64,000 bases of DNA from Escherichia coli (GTDB taxonomy: Bacteria > Pseudomonadota > Gammaproteobacteria > Enterobacterales > Enterobacteriaceae). Position 1 is the stretch's first letter; each line of letters opens with the position of its first letter. The notes below the pieces were generated by a model. The model had not been told where the DNA came from, did not search any database, and was given only the letters and a program-made list of their open reading frames with translations. Location of the stretch: the NCBI RefSeq assembly GCF_030013595.1, contig NZ_CP122768.1; one strand, given 5' to 3'. Made by a program: the position numbers and the translations under genes. This document shows positions 43,390 to 54,016 of the stretch, in pieces.

Positions 43390-45044
43390 CCCCAGAATGC
43401 ATCACCATCGGTCATGCGGGAACGCTGACCAAAATTAATATCTCCCAGATTTTTCGTTACCCTGTCTGCCAGTTGTCCGGCATCCTCGCCGGGCTTCTGG
43501 GTGATGTTAAATTCCGCCCGTATCTGATACGTGGGTTTTACTTCCACCCGGCTGATACTGCCGGGGGTATGCTGAAGCGCTGAAAGGCGGTCAGCCTCCC
43601 CCGATGCGGGTTCCTGACGAGTTTTCTGTAGTTGATCGCGGGCAGCGCGAACACGCTCCCTCGCCCCATCAAAATCAGGTTCTTCCTTCGGTCCCAGCAA
43701 AGGATCGAGAAATGCATCAAACTTTTTATCGTCATGGTTCCAGGGGAGATAACCGCGGGTGTCTTTATAAGCCTGTACAACCTGTTTCGTCAGCTCCGGA
43801 TTTTTCCTGAGCAGTTCATCAAACCATTCACCCTGACCGTTTTTCTGCGCCACCGCTCTCGCCAGCTCAGGCGAACCCATTTTTGCCAGATATTCCAGCA
43901 CCTCTCGCCGGTCCTCCCGCGAATCATCCGCCAGCCCCCACTCAATGGCTTTCTGCGTTATTCCTGCAAGAACTTTTCCGAATTTCCACATCCACTCGGA
44001 CAAATCGATCAACGCCGGCAGGGCATCATCAAGGATAAATGCCTGAATCTTCTCAAGGCCACCCTCCTTAAACCAAGCCGCAAGATCATCCGTCACCTGT
44101 TGGATACGTGGCGCAAGCTCATTACCCAGTTGTCCGCTGATTTCATCAATGGAAGAACTCAAAACATTACGGAGATTTGACAGCGCCACATGCCCCTGAA
44201 CTGCGCCATCAGCCCCTTCTTTTGTCACCAGGTTATAGCGTTTCTGCTCACTGATAAGCTCCCGGAAGGTTTTTCCTGACAGACGCATCCAGGTCAGAAT
44301 TTTATTGGCCTCCCCCCCAAACAGCGCATCTGCCATCCCCGCCGCCTGCTGCTCATTCTCCACCTGCAGTAAGCGATCAAACAAAAATTCGACCTGTTCC
44401 TGGTTGTTTTTTCCGGCCATTACGCCCGCTTTCAGCCCCAGTTTACCGAATACCTCCTGAATGGCTCCTTTGTCCGTGGCACCATTATCATCGTCAAAAA
44501 CCTTGTTCCGGTATTCCTCAAACAGATCACCAATGTTTTCGCCGTTTAACCCCATCTGACGGCCCAGTGAATCCCACGCCGCATAGGTTTCGTAATCCAC
44601 CCCATAACTCCGGGCTATCCCTGCCCGCTCTGCCGTTTCCGAATTCCGGTTCAGTACCGCGCTGGCACCTGCTGCCAGCGTCAGCCCGGAACCAACAGAG
44701 AGCCCGAGTCCGGTTTTAAGAAATGTCCCTGCCCGTCCTTTCCAGCGTTCCAGGCGCTCTGCCCGTTCAAGCTGGCGATTAAATCGCTCCTGCTCCGCTG
44801 CAGCATCATTGATTTTCCGTTTCAGCTTTTCATACTGCTTTCGCAGATCGGTAATATCCTGCCCTGCCAGTACGCCAGCCTGAATTTTTCGCTTCAGTAC
44901 ATCCTGCTGACGCGTCAGGCGTGCCACTTCCTGTGTCGCACCAGCCAGACCTCGCTTCAGCCCCTCTGTCGATTTTTTCCACGACGGGTCAATAGTGCCG
45001 CCGATCCGGATATTCGCTCTGAGGTTATCGCCCACCGTTGCCAT
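43386..45044 (-). CDS. tail tape measure protein (gpT-like)
   Basis: 552 aa, helical; between gpE/E' and gpU. Confidence 0.9.
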   Translation of the reverse strand: MATVGDNLRANIRIGGTIDPSWKKSTEGLKRGLAGATQEVARLTRQQDVLKRKIQAGVLAGQDITDLRKQYEKLKRKINDAAAEQERFNRQLERAERLERWKGRAGTFLKTGLGLSVGSGLTLAAGASAVLNRNSETAERAGIARSYGVDYETYAAWDSLGRQMGLNGENIGDLFEEYRNKVFDDDNGATDKGAIQEVFGKLGLKAGVMAGKNNQEQVEFLFDRLLQVENEQQAAGMADALFGGEANKILTWMRLSGKTFRELISEQKRYNLVTKEGADGAVQGHVALSNLRNVLSSSIDEISGQLGNELAPRIQQVTDDLAAWFKEGGLEKIQAFILDDALPALIDLSEWMWKFGKVLAGITQKAIEWGLADDSREDRREVLEYLAKMGSPELARAVAQKNGQGEWFDELLRKNPELTKQVVQAYKDTRGYLPWNHDDKKFDAFLDPLLGPKEEPDFDGARERVRAARDQLQKTRQEPASGEADRLSALQHTPGSISRVEVKPTYQIRAEFNITQKPGEDAGQLADRVTKNLGDINFGQRSRMTDGDAFWG

Positions 45045-45161
45045 AACACTGCTTCCTCTCTTCCGCCTCTGCCAGCATTATTGCCACAAAATCCTCATAC
45101 GGCAGTGCCATCACATCTCCGGGTGACCACCCGAACCATACTCCGGCACGCCGTATCGCCA

Positions 45162-45470
45162 TCAGGATGTTTTCTTCTTCCGCCGGACCGGCGGCAGCAA
45201 AAAAACATTAAACTGCCGCTCCAGGGCCAGGTAATCACACGCTTCCATGTTCATCATGTCTGCCGCGTCCATCCCGCACAGACCGGCAATCATATCCAGA
45301 TCAGCCTCTGCTTCCGGTTTGGTACTCCGGCGATGCAACAGACGATCGCGGACGGTGGGCGCACGCATGGTGACGTGCGTGATCGTCTGTCCTGATGCGG
45401 TGACATACGGCACGGATAACACAATTTCCACGCAGCTGGCAGGAACACTGTTTTTTTCCGACATAAGCAT
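45162..45470 (-). CDS. tail assembly chaperone gpE (E' by -1 frameshift ending near 45027)
   Basis: 102 aa; slippery site near 3' end; -1 frame extends about 58 codons to a stop overlapping tape-measure start. Confidence 0.8.
   Translation of the reverse strand: MLMSEKNSVPASCVEIVLSVPYVTASGQTITHVTMRAPTVRDRLLHRRSTKPEAEADLDMIAGLCGMDAADMMNMEACDYLALERQFNVFLLPPVRRKKKTS
45199..45205 (-). other. programmed -1 frameshift site (TTTTTTG on minus strand)
   Basis: Run of 7 A on + strand inside gpE; same heptamer as the classical P2 E/E' site. Confidence 0.7.
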
Positions 45471-45522
45471 CTCCTAAAAAAAGAAAAGGCGGCCTGAGCC
45501 GCCTGAATGGCAGATCCCCGGA

Positions 45523-46041
45523 TTAAACCCGGATGATTTTTTTCAGATCCGACAGAACATTAACGCCGTTAATACGACGTACAAATTCCTCCGGAATAAT
45601 GCAGATGGTTTCCAGGCCATCGACAGCCTGACGGTAATAACTCAGTGACATTTCCACTGTCACCGAAGCCTCTGCCTGTGATGTTGCCGGACGTGCATCC
45701 GGCGTGATACTGGTGATCATCCCCTGCAGGGTTTCCACCTGTCCGCTGGTCGCATTTCCCACCCGATAAGCCTGGCGCACAACAATCTCCGGCGAATAAA
45801 GCCCGGCCTGCAATCCCAGCAGCGTAAGCATGGCAACATCATAACCATAAATCTTAAACGAACAGGTCAGCGCTTCCATGCCGTCATCCACTGCCACCGG
45901 TGCATCCATTGCGCCGGTTTTGATATCCACTGTCGTGATATTAATGGCAGGCGGCGTGTATTCATGCGCACCCTGAAGGCGGATCCCGCCAGGAAGAAAT
46001 AACGCCCATGCACGCAACAGTTTTTTTTCACCCGTAATCAT
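45523..46041 (-). CDS. tail tube protein (FII-like)
   Basis: 172 aa; follows sheath. Confidence 0.9.
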   Translation of the reverse strand: MITGEKKLLRAWALFLPGGIRLQGAHEYTPPAINITTVDIKTGAMDAPVAVDDGMEALTCSFKIYGYDVAMLTLLGLQAGLYSPEIVVRQAYRVGNATSGQVETLQGMITSITPDARPATSQAEASVTVEMSLSYYRQAVDGLETICIIPEEFVRRINGVNVLSDLKKIIRV

Positions 46042-47513
46042 ACCGTCAGTTCCTCCAGCGCCAGTTTATTGTTAATCATTGCCCGCAGTGTCAGGCGCTC
46101 CAGTGGTGACTTCGGCCCAAAGTCATAATCGATATACAACTGCCCTGCCGCCAGGGTTTCTGCTGTATTCAGTTCATCATTCAGCCAGGCGCTGCCACCG
46201 TGGATCGCACCCAGATTTTTAAGCTGACGCATATAGGCATTAATGCTGCCAAGAATGTCGTCTGCCACATCCCGATCAAGCGGGCGATCGACATAAGGCA
46301 ACATGGCCTCCTGGATACTGTCCTCAATCACATCTGCAGTGCGACGTACCGGTTCAAAGCGCCACTGACTGTGGGATGTGCACAGACGGTTACCCCAGTG
46401 TTTAAAACCGTCATGGCGAATAATGGTGGAGATATTTTCCATGTTCAGCAGGTTTGCCGTGCAGTTCTGCTCCCCGAGAATAAACGTATCCACCTGCTCC
46501 AGACCGGTGATATTCATCACGTCCTGGTTTGATTTGGACCACCACCACCCTTTTTCATAATCAATACGGGCACGCAGCCCGGCAGCACGAGCCGAATATG
46601 GACGAAATACCGTTTGCCCGCTGTCATCCGTCACTGACACGCGCGGACGCAGCAGCTCCACACGTCCGCCAAATGACGCGCGCCGCTGAACCACATCCTG
46701 CGGCGTTGCCATTGAGGGCGAGTCAATATAGGCCACAGCCCGCAACTTCGCGGCATACGTTTCCAGCGCCTTTGCCACGCCATCATCCTCACTGTACCCC
46801 GTGGCAATGAGGATGCGCGGTTGATAGCCTGTCACGCCCTTACTTTCTGTCAGCGCCTCCATGGCCTGAATCACCGCCGCACGCTGTTCGGCCTCTTTCG
46901 CCTTTGCTTTACTTTCTGCGCGCACCACAATCACCAGCGCACCAGTCTGGTCAAAAATATCACGCAGGGCCGGGTATAATGTTCCGGCTGTGCCCAGTTT
47001 CCCCGCCTGAGTAATGGCCCCTGCCACCACCACCGGTGTGTTGACCGGGAACGCCTCATCTTCCCCGCCGGATAACGTCAGGCTGAACGGCGACACCACT
47101 TTATTTTCAGCGCCTCCTGCATTCAGGGTGCTGGCAGCCGCCGTCACAGGCGAATCCCCCAGCGCATTCACCACTTCAGTCACACAATCCACCGTGGCGT
47201 TAACCTGGCTGTGTTCGTCCGTCCCCAGTGTTATCGTCAGGGTCGTACCTTTCAGCGAGGCCACTGTCTGCGCGTTTTGTTCCGTGGCAGCCACGGCAAC
47301 AACCGAAATCTTATTACCGACCCGACCTTCCTGTTTCGCCGTGAAATCCAGCGCCGTTCCCAGCAGCCAGGAACCGGCTGTGCCGGAAGCGCACACACCA
47401 CCAGAGGCGTCCGGCGCTGTCCCCACCAGGCCAATCACTGCCGTGGAGATGGTTTGCACGGCAACCGTGCCTGTCGTCAGTTCAATGGTTTCAACACCAT
47501 GTAATCCGGACAT
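46038..47513 (-). CDS. tail sheath protein (FI-like)
   Basis: 491 aa. Confidence 0.9.
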   Translation of the reverse strand: MSGLHGVETIELTTGTVAVQTISTAVIGLVGTAPDASGGVCASGTAGSWLLGTALDFTAKQEGRVGNKISVVAVAATEQNAQTVASLKGTTLTITLGTDEHSQVNATVDCVTEVVNALGDSPVTAAASTLNAGGAENKVVSPFSLTLSGGEDEAFPVNTPVVVAGAITQAGKLGTAGTLYPALRDIFDQTGALVIVVRAESKAKAKEAEQRAAVIQAMEALTESKGVTGYQPRILIATGYSEDDGVAKALETYAAKLRAVAYIDSPSMATPQDVVQRRASFGGRVELLRPRVSVTDDSGQTVFRPYSARAAGLRARIDYEKGWWWSKSNQDVMNITGLEQVDTFILGEQNCTANLLNMENISTIIRHDGFKHWGNRLCTSHSQWRFEPVRRTADVIEDSIQEAMLPYVDRPLDRDVADDILGSINAYMRQLKNLGAIHGGSAWLNDELNTAETLAAGQLYIDYDFGPKSPLERLTLRAMINNKLALEELTV

Positions 47514-47567
47514 ACATTTCTCCCATAAAAAAACCGCCCTCAGGCGGTCAGATGATTAACTTCTTTT

Positions 47568-48113
47568 TCAGGTATTTTGTGGCTGCTCAGGCCAGCTAAT
47601 ATTGTTGTAAGTGGTCTTATCCGTAATAGCGCTGAAATCCATCGCCTGCAGCGATTTCGCGTAAATGCGGTACGCTTTGAGCTTTTCCCTGTCTTCGTCA
47701 CTGATTAATCCCAGCAGCAGGTCTTTTTCCCATTCGCTGGTCATGATGCTGACCTGTTTTAACAGTGCATCACGCTCATCTTCCGCTTTAAGTTTGTAGT
47801 CAAAAACAAATTCATCATTGCGGTAGAACCAGTATCCCGACGCCTCAATGCGACGATTAGCGGTAATATCCGGCAACTCAATCACACTTTTATTTTCCGG
47901 GCAGATTGAGGTGATGTCTTTTCCGACCCAGACCACTTCGCCAGTTTCAACATAAATAACTTTCAGAGTGTCTGGCTGAAATTTTTCCTGGGCTTCGTGC
48001 CATTCCTGACCATCATCGGAGAACAGCCACAATAAAAATTTATGCTGTCGTGCCAGCTGGTATTGCTCAATTGTTTTAGGGTTTTGTGCCGTAAGATTTT
48101 TTAAGTGCATCAT
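47568..48113 (-). CDS. tail fibre assembly protein (gpG-like)
   Basis: 181 aa downstream of tail fibre. Confidence 0.7.
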   Translation of the reverse strand: MMHLKNLTAQNPKTIEQYQLARQHKFLLWLFSDDGQEWHEAQEKFQPDTLKVIYVETGEVVWVGKDITSICPENKSVIELPDITANRRIEASGYWFYRNDEFVFDYKLKAEDERDALLKQVSIMTSEWEKDLLLGLISDEDREKLKAYRIYAKSLQAMDFSAITDKTTYNNISWPEQPQNT

Positions 48114-48115
48114 GA

Positions 48116-49465
48116 TTACAAACTCGCTACATTTCGCCAGACACCATTAATCAGAACCTGCACCGGGCGTGCATTGGCCCAGTCCACACTTTCACCGCCA
48201 TCAACACCACTCAGTAAATGACCTGATGGCGCATTTCCTCCGCGTCCAATACCAATGGCACCTCCCAGACGCACATCCTGCACACCACCTGTTCTGGTCT
48301 GGTAACGGGCATCAAAATTTCCGTAGTTTGATGGAACCATCTGCCCGTTTACGGCAAACGTTATGCTGTTATCCGTATTCCTCTGACTGTAAAAATGCCA
48401 GCCAGAATCATCACCAAGCTCTGCAACAACAGGCCTTGAGGAATTTCCCCATAGACTAAATCTTGCACTCTTCGTGGAAGAACTGTCACACGACAGCGTG
48501 AACTTTCTTAAATTGCCGGTCGAGAGATTTTCTAATGCCAGCACACCGTTTTTTGTAAAACGAAAGGCGTTGTGTCCCTCTGCAAACACATTAATAACAC
48601 CGCGTCCGCCCCACTTAAAACCGGTATTGCTATCACAGAGCGTGAGTGATTTTTCACCCAGATTGTTCTCATTACCGATGCCAATCCTGTCACCAATAAC
48701 CACATCGCCCTGGCGCAGGTTAATGGAAATGGGCCGCAGTGGGCCAATATCACCATTTTCTCCATGGTCTTCCTGCGTGGGAATGAAGTGCAGGTAATCT
48801 TCTGAACGACGAAAAATCAGGCCAAAAGCCTCGTTGAAAATCCTCAGCGCATTAACACCACGGATTTTCAGTTCCCCGGTCATGGTGTCACCATCACGCT
48901 GAACGGCATTTTTTGCCTTGTCCACCGTGGGTTTTAATCCGAGGTTTTCAACAGCCTCATCCTTGTCTTCCACATCCGAAAGATTCTTTTTTCGTTGCAG
49001 ATAGCGTCTGTCTCCGATTTCCTGAGTAATAATGGCCCTGTCCGGATCAACTTCCAGCACCACGTTTTGTGCGTGCGTCAACCCAAGAACCAGCGTCAGA
49101 ATAACTTCCTTGATAACGGAGTCCGTCTGGTCTGGTAAAAAGGTGTCGGGATAACGTCCGTACGCGATAAGCGTACCTCTGTCGCTGATCATCCCCAGTT
49201 CACGAAGGGTTTTACCGGGGTATGATTTACAGTCAATCACAATATCCCCGCTGATGAAGCCCTCCTCCACCGCACCGTCGGAAAAGGGTTCCTGCCCGAA
49301 TTCGCCGTACAACGATGTCATTGCTGCCATTTCATCCGGCGTGGATGGCAATGCACGCCCGCCCCCGTCACCAAGCAGAACATGCCGGACGGTCACGGTT
49401 TGCCCGTTCTGATATGCTGCTTCAATTTCTGCAGCGCCGGACGTTGTCAGAATCAGTCCATTCAT
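48116..49465 (-). CDS. tail fibre protein (gpH-like)
   Basis: 449 aa following baseplate I. Confidence 0.8.
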   Translation of the reverse strand: MNGLILTTSGAAEIEAAYQNGQTVTVRHVLLGDGGGRALPSTPDEMAAMTSLYGEFGQEPFSDGAVEEGFISGDIVIDCKSYPGKTLRELGMISDRGTLIAYGRYPDTFLPDQTDSVIKEVILTLVLGLTHAQNVVLEVDPDRAIITQEIGDRRYLQRKKNLSDVEDKDEAVENLGLKPTVDKAKNAVQRDGDTMTGELKIRGVNALRIFNEAFGLIFRRSEDYLHFIPTQEDHGENGDIGPLRPISINLRQGDVVIGDRIGIGNENNLGEKSLTLCDSNTGFKWGGRGVINVFAEGHNAFRFTKNGVLALENLSTGNLRKFTLSCDSSSTKSARFSLWGNSSRPVVAELGDDSGWHFYSQRNTDNSITFAVNGQMVPSNYGNFDARYQTRTGGVQDVRLGGAIGIGRGGNAPSGHLLSGVDGGESVDWANARPVQVLINGVWRNVASL

Positions 49466-50052
49466 ACACCTGCCTCACTCTGCCCGCCTGTGGGCACTGT
49501 CTTTGTTGTCACACCGGTACTTCTGATTTTTTCTGTCGCCATCACATAGCCGTAACCAAATCCACGCCCTGTGCTGTTCCCGTAAACGTGAATACTGAAC
49601 CAGCTGCGCAGATTTTTGGCACGGAGCACCGCATGCTTCAGATCCTGATGATCATTCATCAGCACCGGTAAATCTTTCTGCTCCACGTTCAGACGGAAGG
49701 TATACGGCTCCCCGGGTGGGGTCTGCTCATACCACTCAACAATCTGCGACCGGAAGGGACTGTCAGCCAGCGATGCCATCAGCGCCGCTTTAGTCCCTCT
49801 GTGGCGGTGGATGTATGCAGCACGTTTTATCGCAGACCGTTTTTCCGCCTCCGTCCAGTGTTCATTCCAGGTGTCCACCGCCATTTCCCAGGCCAGCCAT
49901 GGCAGCAATTCAGCAGGACATAAATCGGGATTTTTGACATAGCGGATCAGACATACTGCGATTTCCGCCAGCATATCACCGGCGGTACTGTCCACCACCC
50001 GCTCTGCCCGGCTGGCACTGACCGGCAGTATGCTCCTGATATCGTCATTCAT
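49462..50052 (-). CDS. baseplate protein gpI-like
   Basis: 196 aa; synteny. Confidence 0.8.
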   Translation of the reverse strand: MNDDIRSILPVSASRAERVVDSTAGDMLAEIAVCLIRYVKNPDLCPAELLPWLAWEMAVDTWNEHWTEAEKRSAIKRAAYIHRHRGTKAALMASLADSPFRSQIVEWYEQTPPGEPYTFRLNVEQKDLPVLMNDHQDLKHAVLRAKNLRSWFSIHVYGNSTGRGFGYGYVMATEKIRSTGVTTKTVPTGGQSEAGV

Positions 50053-50959
50053 CAGTTGTCTCCACCTTATTCAGCGTTACCTTGCGGCACCACGGTGCCT
50101 GCCCCATCGCAGGAACGATATCACTGCCCGGAGAGGTCAGATTCACCGTAATCACCCCGGTCTGGTGAAGGGCACCATCCATGCCAGAACGGGATGCCAC
50201 CGAGCCAATCAGGTGGACGCTGTCAGTGTATGACTGCAGCGCCTTGCGGGCATTTGCCATAACCAGTTCACCATCCAGTCCGTAGGGAATATGAATATCC
50301 GCCACCACATCGTAGGGAATAATTTCTGCCGTCCGGACACTGACAAAATCCGTCAGGGGACGGGTTTCATCATCACAGACTGATGCTGCCACCTTATCCA
50401 GCAGGGGTTGTGATGCAGTGCCATTTCCGGACCGGGATAACACATAAAGAAAAACACGCCCTTCCTGTGAATGCGTTTCCGGCCCGTAAGCCTTCACATC
50501 CAGCACATCAGGATCAGCACTTTGCGCAAAATAGTGGTACGCATTTTTCGCGCCGGCGGTGCTCAGCCGTGCCCATGACAACTGGATACGTTCGCGAAAA
50601 GCGTCATCATCTTCATACACCGCAGGCGTGGGCGGAATGGTGCTGTCATCTGCCGGGGTAATCACCAGACGCTGCACCTGAAAATTCGCACCAATCTGAT
50701 CCAGGTCGTTCCTCCGGGCACTCGCAAGCAATACACCCCGGACAGCATCATTGACCTGCTGGCGCATCAGCGCCACGCGAAAAGCCAGCGCCTCTGCCCA
50801 TTTATACGCCGGATCGGATTCCACCAGGGCCGAAAACAACGTGTCCAGCTCCTGATACTTCGTCACTATCTGAGTGACCAGCACAGCAGTGTCCGGCACC
50901 TCCACCGCATCCGGTACCGGTATCGCAGACAGATCAATAATTGCCTGAGACGTTGCCAA
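50045..50959 (-). CDS. baseplate protein J
   Basis: 304 aa; synteny. Confidence 0.9.
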   Translation of the reverse strand: MATSQAIIDLSAIPVPDAVEVPDTAVLVTQIVTKYQELDTLFSALVESDPAYKWAEALAFRVALMRQQVNDAVRGVLLASARRNDLDQIGANFQVQRLVITPADDSTIPPTPAVYEDDDAFRERIQLSWARLSTAGAKNAYHYFAQSADPDVLDVKAYGPETHSQEGRVFLYVLSRSGNGTASQPLLDKVAASVCDDETRPLTDFVSVRTAEIIPYDVVADIHIPYGLDGELVMANARKALQSYTDSVHLIGSVASRSGMDGALHQTGVITVNLTSPGSDIVPAMGQAPWCRKVTLNKVETTDE

Positions 50960-51290
50960 TTTTTATCTCCTCGAGTCGAATCGTATCCTGAGTTTCGTTA
51001 TTCACCCCGACAAGCGTCAGCCACGCGCTTCCTTCTCCTGTCCACGTCACTTCCACCCGCCGGAGAGTCAGGCGGGGTTCCCAGCGTTCAAGGGCGGTTA
51101 CCGTTTCGCGAACAATTCTCACCCGCGTGAAATCATCCTGTGGGTTATCAAGCAGACTGAAAAGTCTGCTGCCGTATTCCCTGAGCAGGACCCGGCTGCC
51201 GGCCGGTGTTGACAAAATATCAGTGACGGACTGGCGCAGATGTTCGTTACCGTGCAGATATCTGCCGGTGGCTGAATCAATACCAATCAT
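50934..51290 (-). CDS. baseplate protein W (GPW/gp25 family)
   Basis: 118 aa; synteny. Confidence 0.85.
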   Translation of the reverse strand: MIGIDSATGRYLHGNEHLRQSVTDILSTPAGSRVLLREYGSRLFSLLDNPQDDFTRVRIVRETVTALERWEPRLTLRRVEVTWTGEGSAWLTLVGVNNETQDTIRLEEIKIGNVSGNY

Positions 51291-51323
51291 GTTGTTTATT
51301 CCGGAAAAAGAACTGAAAGGAGA

Positions 51324-51947
51324 TTACATTTGCTGACCAGGCTGTCCGGTGCTGCCACCACTGTCGCCCCGGTGATTGTGACCGTTATAGACAATTCTGA
51401 TTTGACTCATCGTTCCGTGATAATCAGAAACCTCACCACCGACCATCAGATCCGCCTTAACCACCGCCTCAGCATTCATGGTTGCTTTACCCTGTACGGT
51501 CAGGGTATCTGTGATTTCTACCGGACCGTCCAGGGTTCCCCTGCCGGTAATTTTATAGCTGCCGCCTTCAGCCAGCGTGATGGACAGGGCATTAGCCTGA
51601 CGGTCGTAACGGATTTCCGTTCCGGTATCAAACAAAATAACATGTTCGTATTCACTGCCCTCAGGGACAGGAATGGCGTCAATATTGGCCCCCGGATACA
51701 CCCGACCGTTACGCAAATCGCCCGCCTCCGATATCACTGTAACGGCATCTCCGGGAGCCGGGTAATTACTGACCTGCATGTAGCGCCCGGACTGTACCTG
51801 AATCCAGGGCAACGGAGGCGAAAGCACATCCCCGATATCCACCCGAACCATCACCGGGCTACCCGGGATCACCTCGTCCACCACGCCGCGACGGACCATG
51901 TCCGCCACCCTGCGGCGTAACTCTGCCACTTCATCTGCCAGACTCAT
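51324..51947 (-). CDS. baseplate spike protein V
   Basis: Met at 51947 (MSLADEVAELRRR...) gives ~207 aa; longer track ORF overlaps upstream gene by ~100 codons. Confidence 0.8.
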   Translation of the reverse strand: MSLADEVAELRRRVADMVRRGVVDEVIPGSPVMVRVDIGDVLSPPLPWIQVQSGRYMQVSNYPAPGDAVTVISEAGDLRNGRVYPGANIDAIPVPEGSEYEHVILFDTGTEIRYDRQANALSITLAEGGSYKITGRGTLDGPVEITDTLTVQGKATMNAEAVVKADLMVGGEVSDYHGTMSQIRIVYNGHNHRGDSGGSTGQPGQQM

Positions 51948-52497
51948 CACCGGTGCCCTCTGTTTTCCAGATAAGACGATAATCCCGCTCATGTTTCTTG
52001 CCGGTTTCCGGAGCTTTCCCCAGCCAGACTTCCTGTAAAGGCGCACCAGCCGGAACCTCGAACGGATCTTCTCCGACAGGAATATCCTGTTCAAAAGAAA
52101 CGCGGAAAACGATGTAGTCATCCAGAAGCCGGTCGAAGGTATCCACCTCAGCATCAATAAAAACAGCCGGATCAACGTTATCCAGCCCGAACGTGGCCCC
52201 CTCAATCCAGTCAGATAAATCCATCGCCAGACAACGGGCAAAAATCTGCGGTTTTGGCACGTTTTCCGTCTTCCCGGCCCGGTCTGTCACCACAAACAGA
52301 TCACATTTCAGCGTGACCCGCGTCTGCCCGTCGGCAAACTGAGCCTTGTCCCAGCCCGGTACATCCACAAACACGGCAGGCGTCACCAGTTGCGTCACTT
52401 TTTCCGGATACTCATCGGCATCTTCCACCCAGGGAATTTGTTTCAGACTGTCAATCACCGCCTGATGCCAGGCGCCCATCATCAATGGCTCCATCAC
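51931..52497 (-). CDS. phage tail/virion protein (possible tail terminator, DUF1834-like)
   Basis: 188 aa; synteny between morphogenesis genes and baseplate. Confidence 0.45.
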   Translation of the reverse strand: MMEPLMMGAWHQAVIDSLKQIPWVEDADEYPEKVTQLVTPAVFVDVPGWDKAQFADGQTRVTLKCDLFVVTDRAGKTENVPKPQIFARCLAMDLSDWIEGATFGLDNVDPAVFIDAEVDTFDRLLDDYIVFRVSFEQDIPVGEDPFEVPAGAPLQEVWLGKAPETGKKHERDYRLIWKTEGTGDESGR

Positions 52498-53216
52498 TCC
52501 AGCCCCTTAAATACCCGGAATTTCAGTTCATGCTCAAAATTTTTCAGGATCAGTGCTTCCGCATCCGGAAAAACAAAATCCTCTATACGGTTCAGCATGG
52601 CTTCATAAATATCAATTTCCGCTTCACGCACCCTCCGTCGTCCGGATGCCTGTCGGATCAGTATCGTTTTCCTTTTTGATATACGTCCGTTACGATTTTC
52701 CGCTTCGAACTGGTTGATAAAGGCATCATCCGTTGACCAGGTGGTGACAGGCAGGGATTCCCCGGCAGGTTTAAAACTGATCTCCCGAGCCTTCCTGCGG
52801 CTGGAAGCTGGTGCAAAACGCCCCCGCTCATCGCGCAACTGATGGCGTTCGCCGCGTCGTCCCCCACTGATGCGTCCGCGCAGATCGCGTACTTTGATGG
52901 CGTTCAGACCGAACCATACCTTCGCCTCATCAAACTCATCACCGTTACGACGAATGATAAAATTATGCAGAACACGCTTTTTGATCATTTTCTGACTGCG
53001 TGGCGCAACCTGTTTTTTAAACTCTGCCAGGGCCTTCATCCGCAGTGCAGACGCGGCTCTTTTCAGCGCCACGCCCCAGGCTTTACGGATCTGACTTTTT
53101 GACCCACCCAGTTTAGCGATAATTTTCAGCACCTCATCTTCATCAATATCGACAACGAGGTTTCGTGCCAGCCGTCGCTGCCGGGCACTGCTTCGTTCAT
53201 GCTCTCTGACTGCCAT
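52494..53216 (-). CDS. virion morphogenesis protein (basic)
   Basis: Met at 53216 (MAVREHERSS...); Arg/Lys-rich; start choice uncertain. Confidence 0.45.
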   Translation of the reverse strand: MAVREHERSSARQRRLARNLVVDIDEDEVLKIIAKLGGSKSQIRKAWGVALKRAASALRMKALAEFKKQVAPRSQKMIKKRVLHNFIIRRNGDEFDEAKVWFGLNAIKVRDLRGRISGGRRGERHQLRDERGRFAPASSRRKAREISFKPAGESLPVTTWSTDDAFINQFEAENRNGRISKRKTILIRQASGRRRVREAEIDIYEAMLNRIEDFVFPDAEALILKNFEHELKFRVFKGLE

Positions 53217-53604
53217 AACGTTTACTCGGTCGTTCCGGTGCAGCAGGTGTATTTCTCCCGGGCTCTCCACGCGCAAGGGTGATGGTAATCACCCCCTGAC
53301 CCGCAGCGCCTGACTCATCCCAGCCGGGATCGACTACCTGATAGGGTTCGCCGTGGATCATGACCCTGTCATATTTTTTCAGACCGGCGGCCCATGCGCT
53401 CCGGGTAAATAACACGGGCGCAGTATCACGAATTTCGCCGCTGCCAGTGTTCATCCCGGTGTTATCTGCCGGGGCATCAAAAACGGCACGGATTTTTCTT
53501 TCCGTGCCGCCCGGATATATGCTGATTTCCGTCCCCATCGTATCCAGGATGATGTCATCCGCATCACTCATGGCCTGATCGAACAGATTATCGAACATCA
53601 TCAC
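53197..53604 (-). CDS. head-tail joining protein (lambda FII-like)
   Basis: N-terminus MMMFDNLFDQAMSDADDI resembles lambda FII (MADFDNLFDAAIARADETI). Confidence 0.7.
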   Translation of the reverse strand: MMMFDNLFDQAMSDADDIILDTMGTEISIYPGGTERKIRAVFDAPADNTGMNTGSGEIRDTAPVLFTRSAWAAGLKKYDRVMIHGEPYQVVDPGWDESGAAGQGVITITLARGEPGRNTPAAPERPSKRYGSQRA

Positions 53605-53966
53605 TCCCGGATTTTTTCTGCCAGACCGTCTGCCAGCAACGCGGGAACTGTGGCTTCATTAACCAGCACAACACTGGAGGCCCGGGCAAACATCAACATT
53701 TTTCCCGTCACAGCATCACAGGCTGGCATATGCGCCGTTTTCAGCATACGCACCCGGGCGAGTCCCTGCTCAGAATGCATTCCGTCGCCGGATGCATCGT
53801 TGCCCACCTCTTCCTTCCCCGTCTCCTCCCCATCGAATCCAGCGGCCTCCTCCTCCCATTCCGCCAGACGCTGCTCAAGATCGGCTTTTGAACCTGAAAT
53901 ATCTGCTTCACGCCCCAGAATCACTGCCAGTTCCTGCAAACGTTCAGTCATCTGCTCTTTTGTCAT
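53601..53966 (-). CDS. DNA packaging protein (lambda FI-like)
   Basis: Met at 53966 with GGGAGAG RBS; MTKEQMTERLQELAVILGRE resembles lambda FI (MTKDELIARLRSLGEQLNRD). Confidence 0.7.
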   Translation of the reverse strand: MTKEQMTERLQELAVILGREADISGSKADLEQRLAEWEEEAAGFDGEETGKEEVGNDASGDGMHSEQGLARVRMLKTAHMPACDAVTGKMLMFARASSVVLVNEATVPALLADGLAEKIRE

Positions 53967-54016
53967 CACATCTCTCCCGTGCGCTAAAGAAAAAGGCGGG
54001 AATATCCCGCCCTGTC

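Noticed and set aside
51948-52241. Long N-terminal extension of the spike protein ORF (track 51324..52241)
   Set aside because: The first ~98 codons overlap the upstream tail gene in another frame; an internal Met at 51947 gives a spike protein of the expected size.
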